DNA of 49,859 bases from IMG/VR virus record IMGVR_UViG_3300048791_000020. One strand, written 5' to 3'. The notes below the pieces were generated by a model. The model was not told the origin of the DNA, searched no databases, and was given only the letters and a program-made list of their open reading frames with translations. This document shows, piece after piece, positions 42,426 through 49,859 of this stretch (within the stretch, counting starts at the first letter, position 1; every line of letters begins with the position of its first letter). This DNA is from a virus. Position numbers and translations under genes: made by a program.

Positions 42426-42829
42426 CACAAACGCCAACAGTGATAGTTCGCGCTCTTGACTCTAACAACGATCCGTTGTACGGAAACGGTATTGCTTGCT
42501 TCCTTATGGATTTGGAAGCCGTTGCTCAAATTATTAAAACAAGTTTGTTGCTTTTTCAAGGAGAATGGTGGAATGATTTAACGGTTGGATTGCCAGTTTT
42601 TCAATCAATTATTGGCAACGCTGAAAACAACCGGCAAGCAACAATTTCGTTGTTGATTCAACAAGTGATTTTGGGCGTTAACTATGTTACAGGAATTTCA
42701 AATGTTCAATTCTTGTATACATCTTCAACAAGAAGTTTCAGTTACGCGTGTTATGCACAAACGCAGTTTGGAACTGTGTATGTTACTTACTCACCGGGTA
42801 ACGTTGCGGTTCTGCCTTTGGCAGTTTAG
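42422..42829 (+). CDS. Baseplate wedge protein (gp25 / gpW-like)
   Basis: 135 aa; VAQIIKTSLLLFQGEWWNDLTVGLP matches the GPW_gp25 pattern. Confidence 0.55.
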   Translation: MTQTPTVIVRALDSNNDPLYGNGIACFLMDLEAVAQIIKTSLLLFQGEWWNDLTVGLPVFQSIIGNAENNRQATISLLIQQVILGVNYVTGISNVQFLYTSSTRSFSYACYAQTQFGTVYVTYSPGNVAVLPLAV

Positions 42830-42840
42830 GGAAGGTATCA

Positions 42841-44055
42841 ATGGCATACTTCGCGTCTTACATCGATGCAACGGGGTTGCACATCCCTTCGTTCGATGAT
42901 GTTAACGATTACCTTCAAACTAACTACGCCAACATTTATGGTCAGACCATTTCGGGCAACGTAAGCACAAGTGATATTCAATCTAATATTAACGATGCTT
43001 TGATGATCAACGATTGCATAAATTTATTGCAAGCGGTGTTCAACGGCATGAGTCCTGTTGCTGCTATTGGAACGCAACAAGATACGTTGTATAAGTTGAA
43101 CGGCATTGATAGAAACAACCCAACTTATTCAACAGCGATTTGTAATTTGACCGGCCAAGCCGGAACAACAATTACAAATTGCGTTGCGGTTGATCAACTT
43201 GGAAATCTTTGGAACTTGCCCGTTAGTGTTACTTTTGATGTAAGTGGCAACGCGAATGGAATAACTGTTACCGCTCAAGTGTTGGGAGCGATCACGGCTT
43301 CAGCAAATACAATTACAGGGTTTCAAACTCCTACTGCGGATTGGTTCAGTATAACAAATCCAGCGGCTGCAATTCCGGGCGCTCCAGTTGAGCAAGATTC
43401 GGCGTTTAGAGCGCGTCAAGCTATTAGCCAAGAACTTCCTTCACAAAGCTTAGTAACCGGAACGCTCGCTGATATTGGCGCGATAGACGGGGTTACTCGC
43501 TATTCGATTGGCTTGCCAACACCGGGCGGCGCTCCCGGTACTTCAATTGAAAATCCTTCTGGTTCAACTGATTCTTGGGGCAACCCGGCTCATTCAATTT
43601 CTATGGTTGTTGAAGGCGCAACAGATTTAGAAGTTGCAACGGCGATTTATATCAACAAGACACCGGGGGCGCCAACTAATGGAACAACTACTGTCGTTGT
43701 TGCTGATCCTGTAACTGGCATTAACAACAACATTAGTTTCTTTAGGCCAACTTATGTTTTAATTTATGTTTCTTTAACTGTTGAACCTTTGGCTGGTTAC
43801 ACGTCTGCAACTACGACGGCAATTACAGCCGCTCTTGTAACATATCTGAATGAATTACAAATTGGCGAAAATGTAACAATCTCCGCTTTGTATGCGGCTG
43901 CAATGGCTGTTATGCCTAGCATCATTACTCCATTGTTTTCAATTATAGCGTTAACGGCTGGAATTGTGCCTTCGCCTGTTGGAACAGTGGATATTGCAAT
44001 TGGTTACACTTCGGTTGCTTCAACGGTTTCGGGTAATATTGTGATAACCACATGA
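42841..44055 (+). CDS. Baseplate J-like protein (Mu gp47 / P2 gpJ)
   Basis: 404 aa; EQDSAFRARQ and TGTLADIGAIDGV segments, and its position. Confidence 0.7.
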   Translation: MAYFASYIDATGLHIPSFDDVNDYLQTNYANIYGQTISGNVSTSDIQSNINDALMINDCINLLQAVFNGMSPVAAIGTQQDTLYKLNGIDRNNPTYSTAICNLTGQAGTTITNCVAVDQLGNLWNLPVSVTFDVSGNANGITVTAQVLGAITASANTITGFQTPTADWFSITNPAAAIPGAPVEQDSAFRARQAISQELPSQSLVTGTLADIGAIDGVTRYSIGLPTPGGAPGTSIENPSGSTDSWGNPAHSISMVVEGATDLEVATAIYINKTPGAPTNGTTTVVVADPVTGINNNISFFRPTYVLIYVSLTVEPLAGYTSATTTAITAALVTYLNELQIGENVTISALYAAAMAVMPSIITPLFSIIALTAGIVPSPVGTVDIAIGYTSVASTVSGNIVITT

Positions 44056-44642
44056 GTTCTACTCCAATCACGCCGCCGCCCCTAAGCTATTACTTAGGCT
44101 TGTTCACTTCTTTGTATAAGACTTCGCCTAAGTTAAACGCTTGGCAAACTATCAGGCTTCAGCCGCTCGCGGATATTATGACGTGCGCGGCTGGCATTAC
44201 TGCGGCTTATGATCTTGATACGGCGGTTGGAGTTCAACTCGACATTTTAGGCCAAGTAATTGGGGCAAGTCGAACCGTTCCTTTTCAACCTTCGATGGGA
44301 GTATCCCCAATTTTGGATGATACGACTTATCGTTTGTTGTTATATGCGAAGCGAGCAAACAACACTTGGAACGGAAAAATTCTTTCTTTGTATCCACTTT
44401 GGCAAACTCTTTTTCCGGGCGGTCACATCATTTTTATTGACAATCAAAACATGACCGCAACTATAATCTTATCCGGTACTTTCACTTCGATTCAGAGCGA
44501 TTTAATTGAGAATGATTTGATTGTCCCAAGGCCAGAAGGTGTTTTGTATAAGTACATTGTTGCGCCAAGCTTCCCGTTATTTGGTGCTGATCTTAACAAC
44601 GCTTACATTGCCGGTGCTGATCTTGGGCACGCGAGCGCATAG
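44052..44642 (+). CDS. Baseplate/tail protein, DUF2612 (P2 gpI-like)
   Basis: AVGVQLDILGQVIGASR resembles the DUF2612 core; position after J. Confidence 0.6.
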   Translation: MSSTPITPPPLSYYLGLFTSLYKTSPKLNAWQTIRLQPLADIMTCAAGITAAYDLDTAVGVQLDILGQVIGASRTVPFQPSMGVSPILDDTTYRLLLYAKRANNTWNGKILSLYPLWQTLFPGGHIIFIDNQNMTATIILSGTFTSIQSDLIENDLIVPRPEGVLYKYIVAPSFPLFGADLNNAYIAGADLGHASA

Positions 44643-44650
44643 GGGGAACG

Positions 44651-45241
44651 ATGGCAGGAACAACGAATTTTGTTCAAGTCAATCCAGCGGCGGCGAATCA
44701 GGAAAACGATGGAACTTACGCCGCTGATCCATTAACAACTGGCGGAGTTGGCGTTGATGATATTCTTCCTTCGCCTTGGTTGAACAAGGTTTGGTTTCAA
44801 GCATCGACGTTCATTTGCGCGCTCGCTTATGTTATGGCGAATTGGGGCGCTGGCTTCAATATTGTTGATACAAATCTCGCAACATTGCAAGCGCAAATAC
44901 TTGCTTTCTTTCAATCGCTTATCGGCGTTCCAACTTGCGTTCGAACTGACAAAACAGCAACATACCTTTCAGGAACGACTTACACTAATGGCAGTTCGAG
45001 CGCAGTTTATGAAGAAGTAACCTTAACAGCAACAGGATCAGGAACAGGCGATGAGTTTATTTTATCCAGCATCATTGACGGCGCAACCGGCCCGACTCAA
45101 TGGATTACAAACGATGGTCGCGGCGCTTGTGCAATTGGGTTTTGGGTTCCGCCGGGAAAAACTTTTTCAGCAACGGCGGTTCAGCATTCGGGCGGAACAC
45201 AACCTTTTGGAATAAGTCAATGGACTGAAGTTAGCTTCTAG
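44651..45241 (+). CDS. Short tail fibre / fibre-anchoring protein
   Basis: N-terminus NFVQVNPAAANQENDGTY...SPWLNKVWFQASTFICAL is typical of fibre N-termini; small beta-rich C-terminal domain. Confidence 0.5.
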   Translation: MAGTTNFVQVNPAAANQENDGTYAADPLTTGGVGVDDILPSPWLNKVWFQASTFICALAYVMANWGAGFNIVDTNLATLQAQILAFFQSLIGVPTCVRTDKTATYLSGTTYTNGSSSAVYEEVTLTATGSGTGDEFILSSIIDGATGPTQWITNDGRGACAIGFWVPPGKTFSATAVQHSGGTQPFGISQWTEVSF

Positions 45242-45255
45242 GAAAGGTTAGTGAA

Positions 45256-48200
45256 ATGAAAAACTTTTTCGCAGCGTTGCTATTGTTTGTAGGTACGTTG
45301 TCGTTCGCGCAAAATTCCGCGATCACGGCAACCGTAACTGATTCGGATGGGCAAACGTGGAATAACGGAACCTATCAAATTTCGTTTGTTCCTCCGTCTG
45401 GATACACAGGGTCTGCCTACACATTCAACGGTTCACCTTGGACTCCGCCAACCCCCATCAACGGATTGATGAATGGTGCCGGTATCTTCACTTACTCGCC
45501 GTTGCCGCGAAATGATTATATTTTACCAAATGGTTCAGGCTGGGCTTTTCGGGTTTGCCCGAACGCTTCGGCCCCTTGTGCAACTACAACGATTTTGATC
45601 AATCAAGCTACGCAGAACATTTCGGGTTCGCTTGTTCTTGTTGCACCAAGATTTGCGACTGGCAATCTTTACAACGGGTCTTACGGCTATCTTGACGTTG
45701 AAGTTACTCCAACCCCCGCCGTTGGGTTGCAATATTGGAACGTTACTTTACAATGTCAACGAGTTTGGAATGGTTCTACATTTAATTGTCCAGTGAGTAG
45801 TGTTCCAACTTGTAATGCAAATCAATTGCCTTATTATGCCGCCGATGGAAGCATTCAAGCTTGTTTAACCCTTGGCTCTGGGCTTTCTATTTCGGGTAGT
45901 GATTTAATCGCAACGGGGAGCGGATTGAATCAGCTCACCGGCGACGTGACGGCAGGACCGGGCACCGGATCGCAGGCGGCGACGCTGGCCGCAACCGCCG
46001 TGACGCCCGGCAGTTACACGAATACCAATCTCACGGTGGATCAAAAAGGACGCATCACGTCAGCATCCAACGGGAGTGCGGGAGGCACTTACTACCAGAC
46101 GGTACAGGCGAATGGAAGCGCGCAGGTACAAGAACCAGCACTGGACCTGATCTCAGGCACGAATGCGACCGTGGCCTGCGTAGATGATTCCGGAGTGAGA
46201 ACGAAATGCACGGTGAGCGCGACGGGTTCCGGCGTAGTACAGGCGGCCAGCGAGTACAGTCCGGCATACTACAACGATTCCGGTTCCACCGCGCAAGTTG
46301 GCGGGGTATCTCCATTTAACGGCCTAGGTTATTGGTTCACCTCAGCGCCGCCCGTGGCCGCAACCGGGGCGCAGGTAGTGGCGGTAATCGGATCGACGCC
46401 AGTCGCCAACGCAACGACAGCAACGACAGCAACAACAGCAACCAACTTTTCCGGTAGCCTGAGTGGTGACGTAACTGGCACGCAAGGCGCGACCGTAGTG
46501 TCAAAGATCAACGGGGGTAGTATGCCAGTTAGTACCCCCGTTCTCGCTAGCAACGCTGGCAGCCAACCCGTGGCCGCAACCGGGGCGCAGGTAGTGGCGG
46601 TAATCGGATCGACGCCAGTTGCCAACGCAACAACAGCAACGACAGCAACAACAGCAACCAACTTTTCCGGTAGCCTGAGTGGTGACGTAACTGGCACGCA
46701 AGGCGCGACCGTAGTGTCAAAGATCAATGGGGGTAGTATGCCAGTTAGCGCTCCCGTTCTCGCTAGCAACGCTGGCAGCCAACCCGTGGCCGCAACCGGG
46801 GCGCAGGTAGTGGCGGTAATCGGATCGACGCCAGTTGCCAACGCAACAACAGCAACCAACGTGCCTTACTCCGGCCTCACTGGCACCGTCCCTACGTGGA
46901 ATCAGAGCACCACCGGCAACGCCGCCACCGCTACAAATGTTGCTTACACTGGTCTAACCGGCACCGTCCCAACTTGGAATCAAAACACAACAGGAAATGC
47001 TGCTACAGCAACCCAAGCCACGAACGCCACTAACGTCAACGGTGGCACGGTTTCAGCTACTACAGGAACATTCTCCGGCACCGTCACGGCTGGCGCTACA
47101 ACACCAACGACTATAGGACCGAACGGTGTTTTGTTAAATGGGGTTCCTGCTCTCCAGTCGCAGACATCACTCAATAACTACTACTCTGGTGGAGCGGGAA
47201 ACCTGACTGGCACCGGCTCCGGCAACACCGCGAATGGGCTTCAGGCGCTCTACGCCAACACCACCGGCTCCGGCAACACCGCGAATGGGCTTCAGGCGCT
47301 CTACTCCAACACCACCGGCAACAACAACACCGCGAATGGGTATCAGGCGCTCTACGCCAACACCACCGGCAACAACAACACCGCGAATGGGCTTCAGGCG
47401 CTCTACTCCAACACCACCGGCTACAACAACACCGCGAATGGGCTTGAGGCGCTCTACTCCAACACCACCGGCTACTACAACACCGCGAATGGGTTGTATG
47501 CGCTCTACGCCAACACCACCGGCTACTACAACACCGCGAATGGGTATAAGGCGCTCTACTCCAACACCACCGGCACCGGCAACACCGCGAATGGGCTTGA
47601 GGCGCTCTACTCCAACACCACCGGCACCGGCAACACCGCGAATGGGTTTGAGGCGCTCTACTCCAACACCACCGGCAACAACAACACCGCGAATGGGTAT
47701 CAGGCGGGACAATACATCGCGGATGGCGTAACCGCCAATCAAACCAGCAGCAACTCAGTGTATGAGGGCTTTCAAGCCTATCCACTTGCCTCTGGCGATA
47801 CGAACGAAAATGTAATCGGAAACACCGCAATCGGCCACGGGAGCAACACAACGACGCTGGGCAATGCGAGCATCACGGATACCTACATCGCTGGGACGGT
47901 CCATGGTACGAGCTTTACCGGCAACGCAACGACAGCAACCAACTTTTCCGGTAGCCTGAGTGGTGACGTAACCGGCACGCAGGGCGCGACCGTGGTGTCA
48001 AAGATCAACGGGGGTAGTATGCCAGTTAGTACCCCCGTTCTCGCTAGCAATGCTAGCAGTCAACCCGTGGCCGCAACCGGGGCGCAGGTAGTGGCGGTAA
48101 TCGGATCGACGCCAGTCGCCAACGCAACGACAGCAACGACAGCAACGACAGCAACCAACTTTTCCGGTAGCCTGAGTGGTGACGTAACCGGCACGCAGGG

Positions 48201-49859
48201 CGCGACCGTGGTGTCAAAGATCAACGGGGGTAGTATGCCAGTTAGTACCCCCGTTCTCGCTAGCAATGCTAGCAGTCAACCCGTGGCCGCAACCGGGGCG
48301 CAGGTAGTGGCGGTAATCGGATCGACGCCAGTTGCCAACGCAACAACAGCAACCAACGTGCCTTACTCCGGCCTCACTGGCACCGTCCCTACGTGGAATC
48401 AGAGCACCACCGGCAACGCCGCCACCGCTACAAATGTTGCTTACACTGGTCTAACCGGCACCGTCCCAACTTGGAATCAAAACACAACAGGAAATGCTGC
48501 TACAGCAACCCAAGCCACGAACGCCACTAACGTCAACGGTGGCACGGTTTCAGCTACTACAGGAACATTCTCCGGCACCGTCACGGCTGGCGCTACAACA
48601 CCAACGACTATAGGACCGAACGGTGTGCTGTTAAATGGGGTTCCCGCTCTCCAGTCACAGACATCGCTCAACAACTACTACTCCGGTGGAGCGGGCAATC
48701 TGACTGGCACCGGCAACAACAACACCGCGAATGGGTTTCAGGCGCTCAACGCCAACACCACCGGCTCCGACAACACCGCGAATGGGATGTACGCGCTACT
48801 CTCCAACACCACCGGCAACAACAACACCGCGAATGGGATGTACGCGCTACTCGACAACACCACCGGCAACTACAACACCGCGAATGGGTACGCGGCGCTC
48901 AACGCCAACACCGCCGGCTCCAGCAACACCGCGAATGGGTATCAGGCGCTCTACTCCAACACCACCGGCAACAACAACACCGCGAATGGGTTTCTGGCGC
49001 TCTTCGCCAACACCACCGGCTACTACAACACCGCGAATGGGCTTCGGGCGCTCAACGCCAACACCACCGGCTCCGACAACACCGCGAATGGGATGTACGC
49101 GCTACTCTCCAACACCACCGGCAACAACAACACCGCGAATGGGATGTACGCGCTACTCGACAACACCACCGGCAACTACAACACCGCGAATGGGTACGCG
49201 GCGCTCAACGCCAACACCGCCGGCTCCAGCAACACCGCGAATGGGTATCAGGCGCTCTACTCCAACACCACCGGCAACAACAACACCGCGAATGGGTTTC
49301 TGGCGCTCTTCGCCAACACCACCGGCAACAACAACACCGCGAATGGGTATCAGGCGGGACAATACATCGCGGATGGCGTGACCGCCAATCAAACCAGCGG
49401 CAACTCAGTGTATGAGGGCTTTCAAGCCTATCCACTTGCCTCTGGCGATACGAACGAAAATGTAATCGGAAACACCGCAATCGGCCACGGGAGCAACACA
49501 ACGACGCTGGGCAATGCGAGCATCACGGATACCTACATCGCTGGGACGGTCCATGGTACGAGCTTTACCGGCAACGCAACGACAGCAACCAACTTTTCCG
49601 GTAGCCTGAGTGGTGACGTAACCGGCACGCAGGGCGCGACCGTAGTGTCAAAGATCAATGGGGGTAGTATGCCAGTTAGCGCTCCCGTTCTCGCTAGCAA
49701 CGCTGGCAGCCAACCCGTGGCCGCAACCGGGGCGCAGGTAGTGGCGGTAATCGGATCGACGCCAGTCGCCAACGCAACGACAGCAACGACAGCAACAACA
49801 GCAACCAACTTTTCCGGTAGCCTGAGTGGTGACGTAACTGGCACGCAAGGCGCGACCGT
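45256..49859 (+). CDS. Giant repetitive tail fibre/adhesin, 5' part (runs off the window; continues at 1..503; ~1,659 aa if the contig is circular)
   Basis: GGAAAGG SD plus ATG 45256. I hand-translated 45256-46600, 46861-47340 and 47698-48066 without a stop. The frame matches ORF 9..503 across the junction. All listed ORFs in 46055-49848 are off-frame or antisense repeats. Confidence 0.8.
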   Translation, partial: MKNFFAALLLFVGTLSFAQNSAITATVTDSDGQTWNNGTYQISFVPPSGYTGSAYTFNGSPWTPPTPINGLMNGAGIFTYSPLPRNDYILPNGSGWAFRVCPNASAPCATTTILINQATQNISGSLVLVAPRFATGNLYNGSYGYLDVEVTPTPAVGLQYWNVTLQCQRVWNGSTFNCPVSSVPTCNANQLPYYAADGSIQACLTLGSGLSISGSDLIATGSGLNQLTGDVTAGPGTGSQAATLAATAVTPGSYTNTNLTVDQKGRITSASNGSAGGTYYQTVQANGSAQVQEPALDLISGTNATVACVDDSGVRTKCTVSATGSGVVQAASEYSPAYYNDSGSTAQVGGVSPFNGLGYWFTSAPPVAATGAQVVAVIGSTPVANATTATTATTATNFSGSLSGDVTGTQGATVVSKINGGSMPVSTPVLASNAGSQPVAATGAQVVAVIGSTPVANATTATTATTATNFSGSLSGDVTGTQGATVVSKINGGSMPVSAPVLASNAGSQPVAATGAQVVAVIGSTPVANATTATNVPYSGLTGTVPTWNQSTTGNAATATNVAYTGLTGTVPTWNQNTTGNAATATQATNATNVNGGTVSATTGTFSGTVTAGATTPTTIGPNGVLLNGVPALQSQTSLNNYYSGGAGNLTGTGSGNTANGLQALYANTTGSGNTANGLQALYSNTTGNNNTANGYQALYANTTGNNNTANGLQALYSNTTGYNNTANGLEALYSNTTGYYNTANGLYALYANTTGYYNTANGYKALYSNTTGTGNTANGLEALYSNTTGTGNTANGFEALYSNTTGNNNTANGYQAGQYIADGVTANQTSSNSVYEGFQAYPLASGDTNENVIGNTAIGHGSNTTTLGNASITDTYIAGTVHGTSFTGNATTATNFSGSLSGDVTGTQGATVVSKINGGSMPVSTPVLASNASSQPVAATGAQVVAVIGSTPVANATTATTATTATNFSGSLSGDVTGTQGATVVSKINGGSMPVSTPVLASNASSQPVAATGAQVVAVIGSTPVANATTATNVPYSGLTGTVPTWNQSTTGNAATATNVAYTGLTGTVPTWNQNTTGNAATATQATNATNVNGGTVSATTGTFSGTVTAGATTPTTIGPNGVLLNGVPALQSQTSLNNYYSGGAGNLTGTGNNNTANGFQALNANTTGSDNTANGMYALLSNTTGNNNTANGMYALLDNTTGNYNTANGYAALNANTAGSSNTANGYQALYSNTTGNNNTANGFLALFANTTGYYNTANGLRALNANTTGSDNTANGMYALLSNTTGNNNTANGMYALLDNTTGNYNTANGYAALNANTAGSSNTANGYQALYSNTTGNNNTANGFLALFANTTGNNNTANGYQAGQYIADGVTANQTSGNSVYEGFQAYPLASGDTNENVIGNTAIGHGSNTTTLGNASITDTYIAGTVHGTSFTGNATTATNFSGSLSGDVTGTQGATVVSKINGGSMPVSAPVLASNAGSQPVAATGAQVVAVIGSTPVANATTATTATTATNFSGSLSGDVTGTQGAT
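45934..46074 (+). other. Classical phage tail-fibre motif within the giant fibre
   Basis: LTGDVTAGPGTGSQAATLAATAVTPGSYTNTNLTVDQKGRITSASNG, the G-x-Y-x-x-V-T-V-D-x-K-G-R-(I/V)-T type motif. Confidence 0.7.
46351..46860 (+). repeat. 216-bp (72-aa) tandem units x2.4
   Basis: Unit PVAATGAQVVAVIGSTPVANATTATTATTATNFSGSLSGDVTGTQGATVVSKINGGSMPVSTPVLASNAGSQ starts at 46351, 46567 and 46783 (truncated). Confidence 0.9.
47221..47679 (+). repeat. 51-bp (17-aa) tandem array, 9 full units, YadA-head/Hep_Hag-like
   Basis: Units xNTANGxxALYxNTTGx at 47221 + 51n; a tenth partial unit runs into 47698. Confidence 0.9.
48064..48357 (+). repeat. 216-bp units (one full plus one truncated), second set
   Basis: Units start at 48064 and 48280. 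They differ from the first set mainly at synonymous sites. Confidence 0.9.
48718..49329 (+). repeat. 51-bp tandem array, 12 full units organised as two 306-bp higher-order repeats
   Basis: 48744-49020 is identical to 49050-49326 (277 bp) by direct reading. Confidence 0.85.
49714..49859 (+). repeat. Last 216-bp unit, cut by the window end; includes the 127-nt terminal overlap (49733-49859)
   Basis: Identical to 46351-46496; the last 127 nt are identical to 1-127. Confidence 0.95.

Larger units (their letters stand above)
46861..49859 (+). repeat. Super-repeat with 1,497-bp period (46861 versus 48358); the second copy has three extra 51-bp units
   Basis: VPYSGLTGTVPTWNQ... restarts at 48358. 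YQAGQYIADG starts at 47698 and 49348 (offset 1,650 = 1,497 + 153). Confidence 0.9.

Noticed and set aside
47221-49329. Regular 51-bp repeats could be mistaken for a CRISPR array.
   Set aside because: The units are directly contiguous with no unique spacers, are in frame within a coding sequence and encode a conserved 17-aa motif. No cas genes or leader are present.
46055-49848. Many long listed ORFs on both strands in the fibre repeats, for example 46329..46859(-), 47167..47742(-), 47171..47851(-), 47234..47731(+), 48731..49381(+) and 49533..49844(-).
   Set aside because: They are off-frame or antisense readings of the same GC-rich in-frame repeats. Their products are low-complexity (RRSTPTPPA, CCRWCWSRAP, GVGVERL periodicities). 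Only frame 1 on the plus strand is continuous from ATG 45256 and joins 1..503.
45256-49859. Diversity-generating retroelement (template/variable repeat pair) acting on the fibre.
   Set aside because: I recognised no reverse transcriptase or accessory gene anywhere in the window. Differences between repeat copies are mostly synonymous transitions, not adenine-specific substitutions.
1-49859. Lysogeny module (integrase, CI-like repressor, att site) or partition system.
   Set aside because: I recognised no tyrosine/serine recombinase, repressor HTH or ParAB motifs in any frame. The lifestyle therefore cannot be called from this sequence.

Overview
The window reads as one complete or near-complete ~49.7-kb tailed-phage genome with a contractile-tail (myovirus-type) structural module. 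The first 127 nt are identical to the last 127 nt, so the contig closes on itself, but the closure lies inside a highly repetitive tail-fibre gene. Layout:
- 1251-10433 (-): replication/recombination operon with a family-B DNA polymerase, clamp-like protein, SF2 helicase, PD-(D/E)XK exonuclease, DUF669-type SSB-like protein, Sak4/AAA_24 ATPase and two endonuclease-VII paralogues.
- 10522-13317 (+): a GIY-YIG protein and a primase-polymerase/helicase.
- 13335-15000 (-): a visibly GC-richer accessory island with a decayed IS1595-family transposase and a small-gene cassette bracketed by a 31-nt direct repeat.
- 15156-16274 (-) and 16798-20822 (+): divergent early genes around a ~520-bp control region.
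- Onward on (+): VRR-NUC nuclease; lysis cassette (GH24 endolysin plus membrane/lipobox proteins); terminase; portal; Mu-F-like protein; scaffold; capsid; connectors; sheath; tube; chaperone with a -1 frameshift site; tape measure with a glucosaminidase-like domain; a GIY-YIG homing endonuclease inside the baseplate operon; baseplate (hub, spike, W/gp25-like, J, I-like); two fibre genes.
The most unusual element is the last gene (45256 to the window end, continuing at 1-503). It is a ~1,659-aa fibre with a Sec-like N-terminus and nested tandem repeats of 51 bp, 216 bp, 306 bp and 1,497 bp. These include YadA-head/Hep_Hag-like 17-aa units. I recognised no tRNA, rRNA, CRISPR array, integrase or reverse transcriptase. 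All functional calls come from motif recognition by eye and hand translation; no database search or computation was run. Starts were refined relative to the supplied ORF track where RBS or overlap evidence allowed.
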